A DNA stretch of 64,000 nt, from positions 20,672 to 84,671 of the forward strand of contig CACKMS010000004.1 in NCBI GenBank assembly GCA_902601315.1. Direction: 5' to 3'. Within the stretch, counting starts at the first letter, position 1. The number at the start of each line of letters is the position of its first letter. The stretch comes from an uncultured Pelagibacteraceae bacterium (lineage in GTDB: Bacteria; Pseudomonadota; Alphaproteobacteria; Pelagibacterales; Pelagibacteraceae). A model generated the notes under the pieces. It had not been told where the DNA came from. It did not search any database and saw nothing but the letters and a program-made list of their open reading frames with translations. A program made the position numbers and the translations under genes. Of the stretch, positions 38,593 through 48,598 are shown piece after piece.

Positions 38593-39912
38593 TCAATCTT
38601 TTTCTTTAAATCCAGGTATCCAATTAGTTCCAGCTAATGGAACTCGTGCCATAGCAGCTGCTTCAACCGTTAAAGCAACCAAATCCTCAGGCTCTAAATT
38701 TCTTACATCAGACTTACCATTTGCTCTTGCTAAAGTCTGCAACTCTAACGTTAAAGTAGTCAAATAGTTTTTTAATTGTCTTCCACCTTCTTTTGGATCT
38801 AGTCTTTTCTCAAGTTTAGGATCTTGTGTTGCAACACCTACAGGACATCTACCTGTATGACAGTGATGACAGTAACCAGGTTCTGTTCCAAGTTTTTCAT
38901 AATCTTTTCTATATAAGTCCGCATTGCAATTCAATGCCATCATAGCAGCAGAACCGATTGATACTGCGTCCGCTCCCATAGCAAGCGCTTTTGCAACATC
39001 CGCTCCTGTTCTAATTCCACCCGAAACAATTAATTGAACTTTACGGTACATATTTAATTCTTTCAATGCATCAACTGCCTGTCTTAATGCTCCTAGAGTT
39101 GGAATACCAACGTGTTCAATAAAAACATCTTGTGTTGCAGCAGTTCCTCCTTGCATTCCATCTAATACAACGACATCTGCACCTGCTTTAACTGCAAGTG
39201 CAGTATCATAATAAGATCTTGCAGCACCTACTTTAATATAAATAGGTTTTTCCCAATTTGTTATTTCTCTTAGCTCTTGAATTTTGATCTCTAAATCATC
39301 TGGTCCAGTCCAATCAGGATGACGACATGCACTTCTCTGATCAATTCCCTCTGGTAGCGTTCTCATTCCTGCAACTCTTTTATTAATTTTTTGACCTAAA
39401 AGCATACCGCCACCACCTGGTTTTGCGCCTTGTCCAACAACAACTTCAATTGCATCTGCTTTTCTTAAATCATCAGGATTCATGCCATATCTAGAAGGAA
39501 GTAATTGGTAAACTAAATACTTAGATGAACCTCTTTCTTCTTTGGTCATTCCTCCATCACCTGTTGTTGTTGAAGTTCCCATTGAGGATGCGCCCCTTCC
39601 TAATGCATCTTTAGCATTAGCGCCTAAAGCACCAAAACTCATTCCAGCTATAGTAATAGGTATATCTAACTTTAAAGGTTTCTTTGCAAATCTGTCTCCA
39701 AGTACAACTGAAGTTTTACATTTTTCCCTATATCCTTCCAAAGGATATCTAGACATTGAAGCACCTAAGAAAACTAGATCATCAAAGTCAGGAACTTTTC
39801 TTTTAGCACCTAGCCCTCGAATTTGATAAATTCCCTCTTTAGCTGCTCTTTGAATTTCATTAATGGTTGATTGAGGAAATGTTTTAAATTCTTTTAAGCC
39901 TTTCTTTTTCAT
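38593..39912 (-). CDS. mgsC: N-methylglutamate synthase FMN subunit (GlxD/MgsC), set 1
   Basis: SRYPLEGYRE, GMSFG, GQGAKPGGGG, RHPDWTGPDDL, CHHCHTGRC. Confidence 0.88.
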   Translation of the reverse strand: MKKKGLKEFKTFPQSTINEIQRAAKEGIYQIRGLGAKRKVPDFDDLVFLGASMSRYPLEGYREKCKTSVVLGDRFAKKPLKLDIPITIAGMSFGALGANAKDALGRGASSMGTSTTTGDGGMTKEERGSSKYLVYQLLPSRYGMNPDDLRKADAIEVVVGQGAKPGGGGMLLGQKINKRVAGMRTLPEGIDQRSACRHPDWTGPDDLEIKIQELREITNWEKPIYIKVGAARSYYDTALAVKAGADVVVLDGMQGGTAATQDVFIEHVGIPTLGALRQAVDALKELNMYRKVQLIVSGGIRTGADVAKALAMGADAVSIGSAAMMALNCNADLYRKDYEKLGTEPGYCHHCHTGRCPVGVATQDPKLEKRLDPKEGGRQLKNYLTTLTLELQTLARANGKSDVRNLEPEDLVALTVEAAAMARVPLAGTNWIPGFKEKD

Positions 39913-40593
39913 TTAATACGCTCCTGCATTATCAATTTTAAAATTATAAAGTTTTCTAGCGGAACCATATCTTTTAAAATTTTTTGGATTTTCAGAAATA
40001 TTTAACTCTTTGAATATTTTTTTTAATTCATTAATACTCTTTTCATCCATTTTTTTTTCAACACAATCTGCCCCTAAACTCTTTACTTTACCCTTAACAA
40101 AGATTTTTGCCTCATAAATACTATCTCCCAAATCTTCATCTGCATCACCAAAAATAATTAAGTTTCCTTTTTGAGCCATAAACGCTGACATATGACCAAC
40201 AGACCCTTTAACAATAATATTAATTCCTTTCATAGAAATTCCACATCTTGAGCTCGCATCACCTTCAATAACAAGATTTCCACCATGGCCAGTAGCACCA
40301 GCAGATTGTGAAGCATTTCCTTTAACAAATACTTTTCCAGACATCATATTTTCAGCGACACCCGTTCCAACGTTTCCATTAACGGTAACAGATGCTTTTT
40401 GGTTCATTCCAGCACAATAGTATCCAGTATGCCCATTTATAGTTACATCAATATCATCTTTTAAACCTGCACATATCGCATGGTGACCCGAAGGATTCTC
40501 TATTTTAAATTTTCTAACATTACTTTTTCTATCTATATTTTGGAGATATTTGTTAATGTCAGTTAGTTTTTTTTTACTTAAATCAAAATTCAT
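39913..40593 (-). CDS. mgsB: N-methylglutamate synthase GXGXG subunit (GlxC/MgsB), set 1
   Basis: GYYCAGMN, AENMMSG, GISMKG, YGSARKLYNF. Confidence 0.88.
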   Translation of the reverse strand: MNFDLSKKKLTDINKYLQNIDRKSNVRKFKIENPSGHHAICAGLKDDIDVTINGHTGYYCAGMNQKASVTVNGNVGTGVAENMMSGKVFVKGNASQSAGATGHGGNLVIEGDASSRCGISMKGINIIVKGSVGHMSAFMAQKGNLIIFGDADEDLGDSIYEAKIFVKGKVKSLGADCVEKKMDEKSINELKKIFKELNISENPKNFKRYGSARKLYNFKIDNAGAY

Positions 40594-40595
40594 AA

Positions 40596-41474
40596 TTACC
40601 AGCTATAGACAACACCAGGTTTTGGTTCAAAAATCTTAGCAGAATTTACATTTGGCAAATGCGCCATTGCTTGAAATTCTGAAGCAACAGCAACATAGTC
40701 TTTTGTTTCAGCAACAACTGCTGGCTTACATGCAATCTCATCTCTCAATAAGGCAAAACCATCTTTAGTACCTGCAATAAAAGTATAAAAGCCATCCAAG
40801 TTTTTTAGACTACTTGTTAAAGTGTTTTTTAAATTACTTCCTTCAGAAATTTTGTTTGAAATATATCCAGCTGCAACCTCTGTATCATTTTCTGATTTAA
40901 ATTCTTGTCCTTTTTTAATTAAATCTCTTCTTACATTATTATGATTAGATAATGAGCCATTGTGAACTAAACATTCATCCTCAGCCGTACAGTAGGGATG
41001 CGACCCTTCAGTTGTGATAGCACTTTCAGTTGCCATTCTTGTATGACCGATACCATGAGTTCCAGAAAATGACGATAATTTAAATTTTTTAACTACATCT
41101 TTAGGATTACCAGTTTGCTTAAAAATGTTAATACTTTTACCGTATCCAACAATTGAAACATCTTTAATTTTCTCATTTATTACTTTTATTACTTCTTTAG
41201 GTTTATCTTTTGTTTCCATTATTATGTGGTCAGAGTATTTGATCATTTTAATTTTCTTAAAATATTTGGATATTTTCTTTTTAAAATCTTGCTCAGAAAG
41301 ATTGTTTAAACAAATTGAATATTTAAAATTATTTTGATTTTCTTTTGTGTAAATTGCAAATCCTGCACTATCAGGACCTCTTGTTGCCATATTATCTAAC
41401 ATTCCAGATAAAAATTTTCCTAAAGACTTTTCGTACTTTTTTGTTTTTAAATATATTCCAACTATTCCACACAT
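40596..41474 (-). CDS. mgsA: N-methylglutamate synthase Ntn-amidotransferase subunit (GlxB/MgsA), set 1
   Basis: MCGI N-terminus, RGPDSAG, HTRMATES, HNGSLSN, ENDTE. Confidence 0.88.
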   Translation of the reverse strand: MCGIVGIYLKTKKYEKSLGKFLSGMLDNMATRGPDSAGFAIYTKENQNNFKYSICLNNLSEQDFKKKISKYFKKIKMIKYSDHIIMETKDKPKEVIKVINEKIKDVSIVGYGKSINIFKQTGNPKDVVKKFKLSSFSGTHGIGHTRMATESAITTEGSHPYCTAEDECLVHNGSLSNHNNVRRDLIKKGQEFKSENDTEVAAGYISNKISEGSNLKNTLTSSLKNLDGFYTFIAGTKDGFALLRDEIACKPAVVAETKDYVAVASEFQAMAHLPNVNSAKIFEPKPGVVYSW

Positions 41475-41488
41475 AAATTTAAGTGATT

Positions 41489-41653
41489 TTACTTTAACAG
41501 ATTTAATAAAGCGTCTTTGTAATATAATAAGTTTACTACTACAATAATAATAACAGCGATGATTGCGCCATATTTGGCTTTAGGCCAAGCTAACCTTGCC
41601 ATCTTACTTGGAGTTTTATTTTCTTTTTGATTGTTATTCTCGGGAATTTGCAT
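41489..41653 (-). CDS. Small single-pass membrane protein, 54 aa (not in the ORF track)
   Basis: Manual translation MQIPENNNQKENKTPSKMARLAWPKAKYGAIIAVIIIVVVNFIYYKDALLNLLK*; fills the gap before mgsA. Confidence 0.55.
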   Translation of the reverse strand: MQIPENNNQKENKTPSKMARLAWPKAKYGAIIAVIIIVVVNLLYYKDALLNLLK

Positions 41654-41656
41654 TTT

Positions 41657-41693
41657 TTAAAAAAGAGGGCACATATAATTATGTGCCCTCTTT
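41657..41693 (-). terminator. Intrinsic terminator after the amt / small ORF unit
   Basis: AAAGAGGGCACAT-ATAATT-ATGTGCCCTCTTT perfect stem with a T run on the minus strand. Confidence 0.85.
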
Positions 41694-41699
41694 AAAGTT

Positions 41700-41921
41700 T
41701 TAGCCGTCTGTTATATTGCTTTTCCAGTCATTAGCACCTGGTCTTTTTCTTGCAATTTTATTCATCTTACCATCTTCTTGTTTAGATGAAATTACATGCC
41801 AGCCGACCCAAATGATGATTGCTATAATAACTAGCACTCCTTCCGAGCCAACACCTGGATAAACAGATCCTTGTACCTCAGAGGCACTTAAATGATCTAT
41901 CCAATTTGATACTGTTGCCAT
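41700..41921 (-). CDS. Small membrane protein co-transcribed with amt (73 aa)
   Basis: Strong RBS (AGGAGG), one TM helix, 13 nt downstream of the amt stop. Confidence 0.75.
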   Translation of the reverse strand: MATVSNWIDHLSASEVQGSVYPGVGSEGVLVIIAIIIWVGWHVISSKQEDGKMNKIARKRPGANDWKSNITDG

Positions 41922-41934
41922 CTATATACCTCCT

Positions 41935-43335
41935 TTATCTACTGGCAGAGACTACAGCTTTTTCGTCTTCTTTAGCCTCCTCCATTATTGTGTAATCAAG
42001 TCCTGCAAGCTCTACTTCTTTTGGAATTCTTAATTTACCCATTCCATTTAGAACTTTAGCAATTATATAACCTGGAAGCATACCAAGTACAAAAAACATA
42101 ATTATTGCACCAATAAACATTCCTAAAGGATTAATAGCTGCATATGTAGTTCCATCCCACATTTCTCCTACACCATAACCAGATGAAGGATAACCGTTTA
42201 AAACAAAACCACAAATTACAAGACCAACAAATCCAGCATAACCGTGTACAGCTACTGCTCCAACTGCATCGTCGATTTTATATTTTCTCTCTACCCAGTA
42301 ATGCAATTTGTAAGCTATTACTACACCTATCATACCGATTATCATTGATTGAATTGGATGATATAAATCATTACCTGCAGATGCACAGATTATGCCCGCA
42401 AGTCCTGATGAATAAGTCCAAAAAGGATCTCCTTTTGATATTACATATCCTGCCAACAATCCTCCAGATAACGACATTAAAAAGTTCATCGTTATTCCAC
42501 TAAGTGTTGTTGGAGTTAAATAGATGTTAGTTGCTGTAAAGAAAGTTACACCTTCCATACCATACTCAGGTCCAAGATCGTAAATTGGAACATTACAAGC
42601 TGCGTAAAAGCCCCAAAAACCTGTATAGATTAAAAATAATCCAACAGTTACTAACCAAGGATTTCTTGGTCCAATGTTTCTAGGTTCTCCGCTCGAAGAA
42701 AATTTTCCAATTCTTGGTCCTAAAACAACAAGAACACCTAAAGCAAAACCTCCTGCAATTGCGTGAATTACACCTGAAGCATATGCATCGTGGTATCCTA
42801 ATATTTTTAACATCCATCCATCAAAATGCCATCCCCATGAAGCATCTATTGTCCAAAAAACAGATCCTATTGCAATTGCGAGAATTCCAAATGCAAAAGT
42901 TGTTATTCTTTCAATAACTGCCCCTGATACTATTGAGGCTGCAGTCCATGAAAATAATAAAAAGGCTGCCCAAAAGACACCCATTATATGATCGTTAAGA
43001 TTTACTGCCATCAATGCATTAGTAGGGTTAGCAAGATCATTTCCACCAAATCCACCTCCAAGAACTAGACCGGTACTCTCGGTCATAATCGAAGGAGCTA
43101 ATCCGGGTCCAGTTGGAAATGCCCAGTATATCCACCAACCAAAGAAAAACCACGTAACCGTAACCAAAGGTATAAGCATTGTGTTTTTCATAAGAGTGTG
43201 TTGGTGATGTTTGTATCGAGATGCCCCAACTTCATACATACAAAATCCTACGTGGATCAAAAACATAAGAACCACAGTTACCCAATAGTAAAACTCTGTA
43301 AATATTGATGTGAGAGCACCTAATTGATCAGTCAT
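41935..43335 (-). CDS. amt: Amt/Mep/Rh family transporter, atypical (probably methylamine-related)
   Basis: SIVSGAVIER, HDAYASGVIH, LGPRIGKF, DDAVGAVAVHG (twin His retained). Confidence 0.88.
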   Translation of the reverse strand: MTDQLGALTSIFTEFYYWVTVVLMFLIHVGFCMYEVGASRYKHHQHTLMKNTMLIPLVTVTWFFFGWWIYWAFPTGPGLAPSIMTESTGLVLGGGFGGNDLANPTNALMAVNLNDHIMGVFWAAFLLFSWTAASIVSGAVIERITTFAFGILAIAIGSVFWTIDASWGWHFDGWMLKILGYHDAYASGVIHAIAGGFALGVLVVLGPRIGKFSSSGEPRNIGPRNPWLVTVGLFLIYTGFWGFYAACNVPIYDLGPEYGMEGVTFFTATNIYLTPTTLSGITMNFLMSLSGGLLAGYVISKGDPFWTYSSGLAGIICASAGNDLYHPIQSMIIGMIGVVIAYKLHYWVERKYKIDDAVGAVAVHGYAGFVGLVICGFVLNGYPSSGYGVGEMWDGTTYAAINPLGMFIGAIIMFFVLGMLPGYIIAKVLNGMGKLRIPKEVELAGLDYTIMEEAKEDEKAVVSASR

Positions 43336-43452
43336 ATTTCTCTCTCCTATTAATAATTAATTAACTTTATGAAATTTTAAAGAGACTGACAATTTTAAAT
43401 TAGTTATAAAAAATAGATGTTAATAATTTTTTTATCAACTATGAATTGAAAT

Positions 43453-43854
43453 TTAAAATTTTAAGTAAGCTTTCTTTAAATCAACTAGAGGATGATTCGG
43501 TGACATTTGAAATTTGACAAGAAGCTCTCTTGCTATCATATCTCTGTCCTGTTGATTGTTAGGTAGTTTTATTTTGCTTGGAATAGTGACCCAACCATTA
43601 GCATTTCTATCAAACACAGCTGGTCTATTTTCTTCATACCCCATATGAACATCTTCTAACCAATTCAAATCATCCCAACCCATTGCTTCAATATATTTTT
43701 TAAGAAATGGAGTTAATCTTGAGTAATCTGGCAAAAGATTTACATCATATCGATAACCGATTGTTTGACCAATCATTTTTTCTCTAGCTGTCTCTTTTTT
43801 TTTATCTAATTGGCCTTTTACTGCTTTTGATTTTTTTTTGTTTTTCTTAGCCAT
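43453..43854 (-). CDS. Hypothetical protein, last gene of the second glutamylation set
   Basis: 133 aa, 9 nt after the mgsC paralog; W/D-rich core WDDLNWLEDVHMGYE. Confidence 0.7.
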   Translation of the reverse strand: MAKKNKKKSKAVKGQLDKKKETAREKMIGQTIGYRYDVNLLPDYSRLTPFLKKYIEAMGWDDLNWLEDVHMGYEENRPAVFDRNANGWVTIPSKIKLPNNQQDRDMIARELLVKFQMSPNHPLVDLKKAYLKF

Positions 43855-43863
43855 AATCAGTTT

Positions 43864-45255
43864 CTATATTTTATGAAAGTCTTTAACACCTACTGTGTGG
43901 TTAGTTCCTGCTAATGGAACTTTTGCTAAAGCTGATGCCTCCATAGTTAATGCAGCCATGTCTTCTGGCTCTAAAGAGTGGATATTTGTTTTTCCACATG
44001 CTCTTGCAAGAAGCTGTGCCTCTAATGTCATTGCATGTAAATAATTATATACTCTTAATGCAGCATCATCTGGGTTTAATCTTTTTCTTAATTTTGGATC
44101 TTGAGTAGCTACACCAACTGGACATCTACCTGTATGGCAGTGATAACAATGACCTGCTGGAACTCCCATCTCTTTTTCAAAATTAGACTCTGGAATTTCT
44201 TTGTTACAGTTAAGAGCGACCATAGCACCTGTTCCAATTGCAATTGCATCAGCACCTAATGCTAAAGCTTTTGCCATGTCAGCACCATCTCTTACTCCAC
44301 CTGCATAAATTAAAGTAACTTTTCCAGTTTTACCAACATCATCTAAAGCTCTTCTTGCTTCTCTAATACCAGCGATACCAGGAATACCCGTATTTGCTGC
44401 TGCAATGTGTGGGCCTGCTCCAGTGGAACCTTCCATTCCATCTAAATAAATAGAGTCTGGATCACATTTCGCTGCCATACGAACATCATCGTAAACTTTA
44501 GCAGCACCAAGTTTTAACTGAATTGGCACTTTATTTTTTGTTAATTCTCTTAATTCTTGAACTTTTAATGCAAGATCATCTGGACCTAACCAGTCAGGAT
44601 GTCTTGCAGGAGATCTTTGATCAATACCAGCAGGTAGTGATCTCATTTCTGCAACCTGATCAGTTACTTTCTGACCCATTAAGTGACCACCCATTCCAAC
44701 TTTTTGACCTTGTCCAATGAAAACCTCAATTCCATCTGCAAGTTGGGCGTGATGCGGATTAAAACCATATCTAGATTGAATACATTGATAGAACCATTTC
44801 TCGGAATATCTTCTCTCATCGGGTATCATTCCACCTTCACCTGAACAAGTAGCACTTCCAGCCATTGTTGCTCCTCTTGCTAAAGCAGTCTTTGCCTCAT
44901 AAGATAATGCACCAAAACTCATTCCAGTGATATAAACAGGTATATCTAATTCAATTGGATTTTCACATCTTGGCCCAATGATTGTTTTTGTTTCACATTT
45001 TTCTCTGTAACCTTCAATTACAAATCTTGTTAAAGTTCCAGGTAAAAATACTAGATCATCAAATGTTGGAATTTTTTTCATCAATGCCATTCCACGCATC
45101 CTGTATCTTCCTAGTTCTGCTTTTATGTGGATGTCATCCATTACCTCTGGGGTAAAAATTGCATTATGACCTAGTAGACTTTTATTTCTTGACGCTACAC
45201 CATTGCCATTTGAATGACCGTTAGATTTTCCGTTACCGTTTTTTTTCTTTGCCAT
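43864..45255 (-). CDS. FMN-binding glutamate synthase family protein (MgsC paralog), set 2
   Basis: IEGYREKC, GMSFG, GQGQKVGMGG, RHPDWLGPDDL, CYHCHTGRC. Confidence 0.88.
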   Translation of the reverse strand: MAKKKNGNGKSNGHSNGNGVASRNKSLLGHNAIFTPEVMDDIHIKAELGRYRMRGMALMKKIPTFDDLVFLPGTLTRFVIEGYREKCETKTIIGPRCENPIELDIPVYITGMSFGALSYEAKTALARGATMAGSATCSGEGGMIPDERRYSEKWFYQCIQSRYGFNPHHAQLADGIEVFIGQGQKVGMGGHLMGQKVTDQVAEMRSLPAGIDQRSPARHPDWLGPDDLALKVQELRELTKNKVPIQLKLGAAKVYDDVRMAAKCDPDSIYLDGMEGSTGAGPHIAAANTGIPGIAGIREARRALDDVGKTGKVTLIYAGGVRDGADMAKALALGADAIAIGTGAMVALNCNKEIPESNFEKEMGVPAGHCYHCHTGRCPVGVATQDPKLRKRLNPDDAALRVYNYLHAMTLEAQLLARACGKTNIHSLEPEDMAALTMEASALAKVPLAGTNHTVGVKDFHKI

Positions 45256-46110
45256 TTAAATTGCTCCTTTTTTCTCTGTAGGTTCAAGAGCGTCGTAGTT
45301 CCAAAGTTTTTTACCTGCAACAACTTTGGTCATTTTTGAAACATCAAAGTTTTCACCGATCTCCGCAACCTTTAATTTTCTTTTAAGCCAATCTTGATCT
45401 GAATCTGTTAGCTCTGCTTCAACTGCATCACTACCAAATGAACCAATTTTTCCACCTACAAAAATTGTCCCATCGTACATACTGTCGCCTAGGTTAATAC
45501 CCACATCCCCAAGGATAATAATTCTTCCTCTTTGCATCATAAAGCCTGTAAAAGCGCCAGCATCACCACCAATTATTATAGTTCCACCTTTTTGATCTAT
45601 ACCAGTTCTTGCACCAACGCTACCTTTGCAGATTAAATCTCCACCTCGAATAGCAGCGCCAAAGCATGACCCAGCATTCTTCTCAATAACAACTTTTCCT
45701 GCCATCATATTTTCAGCACATGACCATCCAACTCTTCCATTAATTCTAACAATTGGACCATCCATCGAGCCAACACCAAAATATCCAAGACTTCCTTCAA
45801 ATATTAAATTCAATTTATTTAAAATTCCAACTCCTAAACTATGTTTACCTTGAGGGTTTTTAATAACAATCGTTCCATAACCCTCTTTCATTAAATCATC
45901 AATTTTTTTATTTGCTTCTCTGCACTCCATATCTTTGACATCAATCTCTGTTCTTTTATTAAAATCAACATCGTATGTTCCAAAGTAGTAGAAATTTTCA
46001 GCCTCATCTGGATTAAAAAACTTTTGCTGTGTTTTTCCTGTTAGAACCTCAGTGTGAAGACCCATTGATTGGGCTTTTGTTTTTTTTTCTCCAGTTTTTA
46101 GATTTGCCAT
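45256..46110 (-). CDS. GXGXG-domain protein (MgsB paralog) with N-terminal extension, set 2
   Basis: GSLGYFG, AENMMAG, GAAIRGG, LGDSMY. Confidence 0.85.
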   Translation of the reverse strand: MANLKTGEKKTKAQSMGLHTEVLTGKTQQKFFNPDEAENFYYFGTYDVDFNKRTEIDVKDMECREANKKIDDLMKEGYGTIVIKNPQGKHSLGVGILNKLNLIFEGSLGYFGVGSMDGPIVRINGRVGWSCAENMMAGKVVIEKNAGSCFGAAIRGGDLICKGSVGARTGIDQKGGTIIIGGDAGAFTGFMMQRGRIIILGDVGINLGDSMYDGTIFVGGKIGSFGSDAVEAELTDSDQDWLKRKLKVAEIGENFDVSKMTKVVAGKKLWNYDALEPTEKKGAI

Positions 46111-47039
46111 ACTTTTACCATCCCATCAAATGGATCATACGTATCTATCTCTTGAGGTAGAATAGATCTGATTGCTATTTCTTCTGATCCCATTGCAACT
46201 AAATCATCAGATTCATATAAAACTAATGGTTTAGCCGCCATTGTGTCTTTTGCCATTCCTAAAGAATCTTTTGTTGCAACAAAATAAGTAAATACACCAT
46301 CTAAGCCCATTAAAGACTCTTTCATACCTTCTTCAAGTGTTGCACCATTTCTCATTTTTTCAGCTAAATAGACTGCAATTAATTCAGAGTCACATTCTGA
46401 CATAAATCTCATGCCTTTATTTTCTAAAACTCTTCTATTATTCCAATAATTAGTTAATTGACCATTATGCACCACTGATACATCGCTAAATGGGTATCCC
46501 CAAAAAGGGTGAGCAGACTTAATATCTACACCAGACTCTGTTGCCATTCTTGCATGACCTATAGCGTGCGTTCCTTCAACTTTATCTAAACTATATCTTT
46601 TACATACTGCTTCAGCGTTTCCTAAATCTTTAATAACCTCTAATGATTTACCCATGGATAAAATTTCAACACCAGTAACACTCTCAATTTTTTGAGAAAA
46701 TTCCATTAGATCTTTATCATATTGAATTTCGTATCTTAAAGAGTAGGGAAGAGTTCTTTCTTCTTTTACGATTGTAGCGCCTAAGTCTTTTAAATAGCCA
46801 TCTACAATTTTTTTTCTTTCATCGTAAACAGAAACATCTTCCATTACTGAATTACTTCCTTCACCAACATTTTCACCAACTTTAAATCGCATTATAAAGT
46901 TTTGACCATCAGTCTTACCGTACAACGCATATCCAGTTGAGTCTTCACCTCTGTGTTTTAAGGCTTGAAGCATACCCTGAAGTTCAAAACCAACTTTGGA
47001 AGTATTTCCTCTATGAATAAGTCCAGCTATCCCGCACAT
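46098..47039 (-). CDS. Ntn-type glutamine amidotransferase (MgsA paralog), set 2
   Basis: MCGI, HRGEDSTG, HARMATES, HNGQLTN, CDSE. Confidence 0.87.
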   Translation of the reverse strand: MCGIAGLIHRGNTSKVGFELQGMLQALKHRGEDSTGYALYGKTDGQNFIMRFKVGENVGEGSNSVMEDVSVYDERKKIVDGYLKDLGATIVKEERTLPYSLRYEIQYDKDLMEFSQKIESVTGVEILSMGKSLEVIKDLGNAEAVCKRYSLDKVEGTHAIGHARMATESGVDIKSAHPFWGYPFSDVSVVHNGQLTNYWNNRRVLENKGMRFMSECDSELIAVYLAEKMRNGATLEEGMKESLMGLDGVFTYFVATKDSLGMAKDTMAAKPLVLYESDDLVAMGSEEIAIRSILPQEIDTYDPFDGMVKVWQI

Positions 47040-47060
47040 ATTTTCCTTTCGTAATTTATA

Positions 47061-48530
47061 TTATGGTAAACAATCTAAATAGGTGTCAAGATCCCATTGT
47101 GTTGTTGCACCCAAGAATCTTTCCCACTCATCATTTTTGTACCAATGAAACACCTTATACATCTCATCTGGCATTGCAGATTTAATAACTTCATCTTCCG
47201 CTAATCTTTCTAAAGCTTCTCCTAAACTCAATGGAAGTTTTTTAACATCCTTACCAGCTTTTTGAGCTTCATAAATATTTCTAGACTCTGGTGCTGCAGG
47301 TTTCATTTTTTTGGAAATACCTTCATCACAAGCCTTAAGTAATGCAGCACCTAATAAATAAGGATTATGCATACTATCAACTGATCTGTACTCAAATCTA
47401 CCTGGAGCAGAAACTCTTAATCCACAAGTTCTGTTTTGATATCCCCAGTCAGCATAAACAGGCGCCCAGAAACCTTGATCCCATAATCTTCTGTAAGAGT
47501 TTACTGTTGAAGATCCTAAGGCAGTTAATGCAGGCAAATGTTTCATGATACCAGCAATTGATTGTAATCCAATTTTACCTGGCATCTGCATATCTTTAGT
47601 ATCTGGCATAAAAGTATTTGTTCCACCTGACACATAACTAAATACTTCTTCAACACCTGGTAATTTTTTATGCCCAAGTTTATTCACTGAAATTTTTCCA
47701 CCTTTCCATAAAGACATATTGGTATGACACCCACTAGCAGAAACTCCCATAAATGGTTTTGTCATAAAACAAGCAATCAATCCGTTTTCTCTTGCTACTT
47801 GTGCACAGATTTGTCTGTATGTTGAGAGCCTATCAGCGTTTCTTAAAACATTATCAAACGTCCAGTTTAATTCTAATTGACCTGGAGCATCTTCATGGTC
47901 TCCTTGGATCATGTCTAGACCCATCGCTTTTGAATATTCAATTACTTTCATAAAAACAGGTCTTAAAGATTCAAATTGATCAATGTGATAACAGAACGGT
48001 TTTGAAAAACCTTTTCCAGTTGGCGTGCCATCAGGATTTTTCGTTAACCACATCATTTCTGGCTCTGTTCCAACTCTTAGTTCAAGACCATGTTTTTTCT
48101 TAAATTCATCCATGAAAATTCTTAAATTTCCTCTGCAGTCAGAAGTTAAATGCCCACCTGGATTTTTTCTTTCTTCTCTATTTCTAAAACATGTACAAAA
48201 AACTCTTCCAACTCTTTTATCCCAAGGTAATTGAACAAAAGTTTCAGGATCAGGAATACCAACTAACTCCATAGCTTCTGGTCCATATCCAATATAATTA
48301 TTGTGACGATCTAAAAATAAGTTTGCAGTCGCACCGTAAACTAATTGAAAACCTCTTTCCGCGGTTCTCTCCCAATGGTCTGCTGGAATACCTTTACCAA
48401 CAACTCTTCCTGTTACAGAAATAAACTGAAAATAAATATATGTTATTCCTAACTCGTTAATTTTTTCTCTAACTTTTTTTACAAGTTTTGCTCTACCTGG
48501 TTGATTTACATGTTTTTCTAGATCAGTCAT
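47061..48530 (-). CDS. Glutamine synthetase-like gamma-glutamyl-amine ligase (GmaS paralog), set 2
   Basis: GTEPE, DHEDAPGQLE, FMTKPF..SASGCH, YRRL...FWAP, NRT, RFEYR. Confidence 0.85.
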   Translation of the reverse strand: MTDLEKHVNQPGRAKLVKKVREKINELGITYIYFQFISVTGRVVGKGIPADHWERTAERGFQLVYGATANLFLDRHNNYIGYGPEAMELVGIPDPETFVQLPWDKRVGRVFCTCFRNREERKNPGGHLTSDCRGNLRIFMDEFKKKHGLELRVGTEPEMMWLTKNPDGTPTGKGFSKPFCYHIDQFESLRPVFMKVIEYSKAMGLDMIQGDHEDAPGQLELNWTFDNVLRNADRLSTYRQICAQVARENGLIACFMTKPFMGVSASGCHTNMSLWKGGKISVNKLGHKKLPGVEEVFSYVSGGTNTFMPDTKDMQMPGKIGLQSIAGIMKHLPALTALGSSTVNSYRRLWDQGFWAPVYADWGYQNRTCGLRVSAPGRFEYRSVDSMHNPYLLGAALLKACDEGISKKMKPAAPESRNIYEAQKAGKDVKKLPLSLGEALERLAEDEVIKSAMPDEMYKVFHWYKNDEWERFLGATTQWDLDTYLDCLP

Positions 48531-48598
48531 TGTCCCCCTTTAAGAATTTTAAGTTCGAAAAAGTAACTGAAAAAAAAACGTCTGTCTACTTAGAACGA

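Noticed and set aside
37237-48530. Annotation as ordinary glutamine synthetase / glutamate synthase, or as a recent tandem duplication
   Set aside because: Trp replaces the flap Glu, the glx/mgs architecture is split, the context is methylamine catabolism, and the two sets are highly divergent with different gene order.
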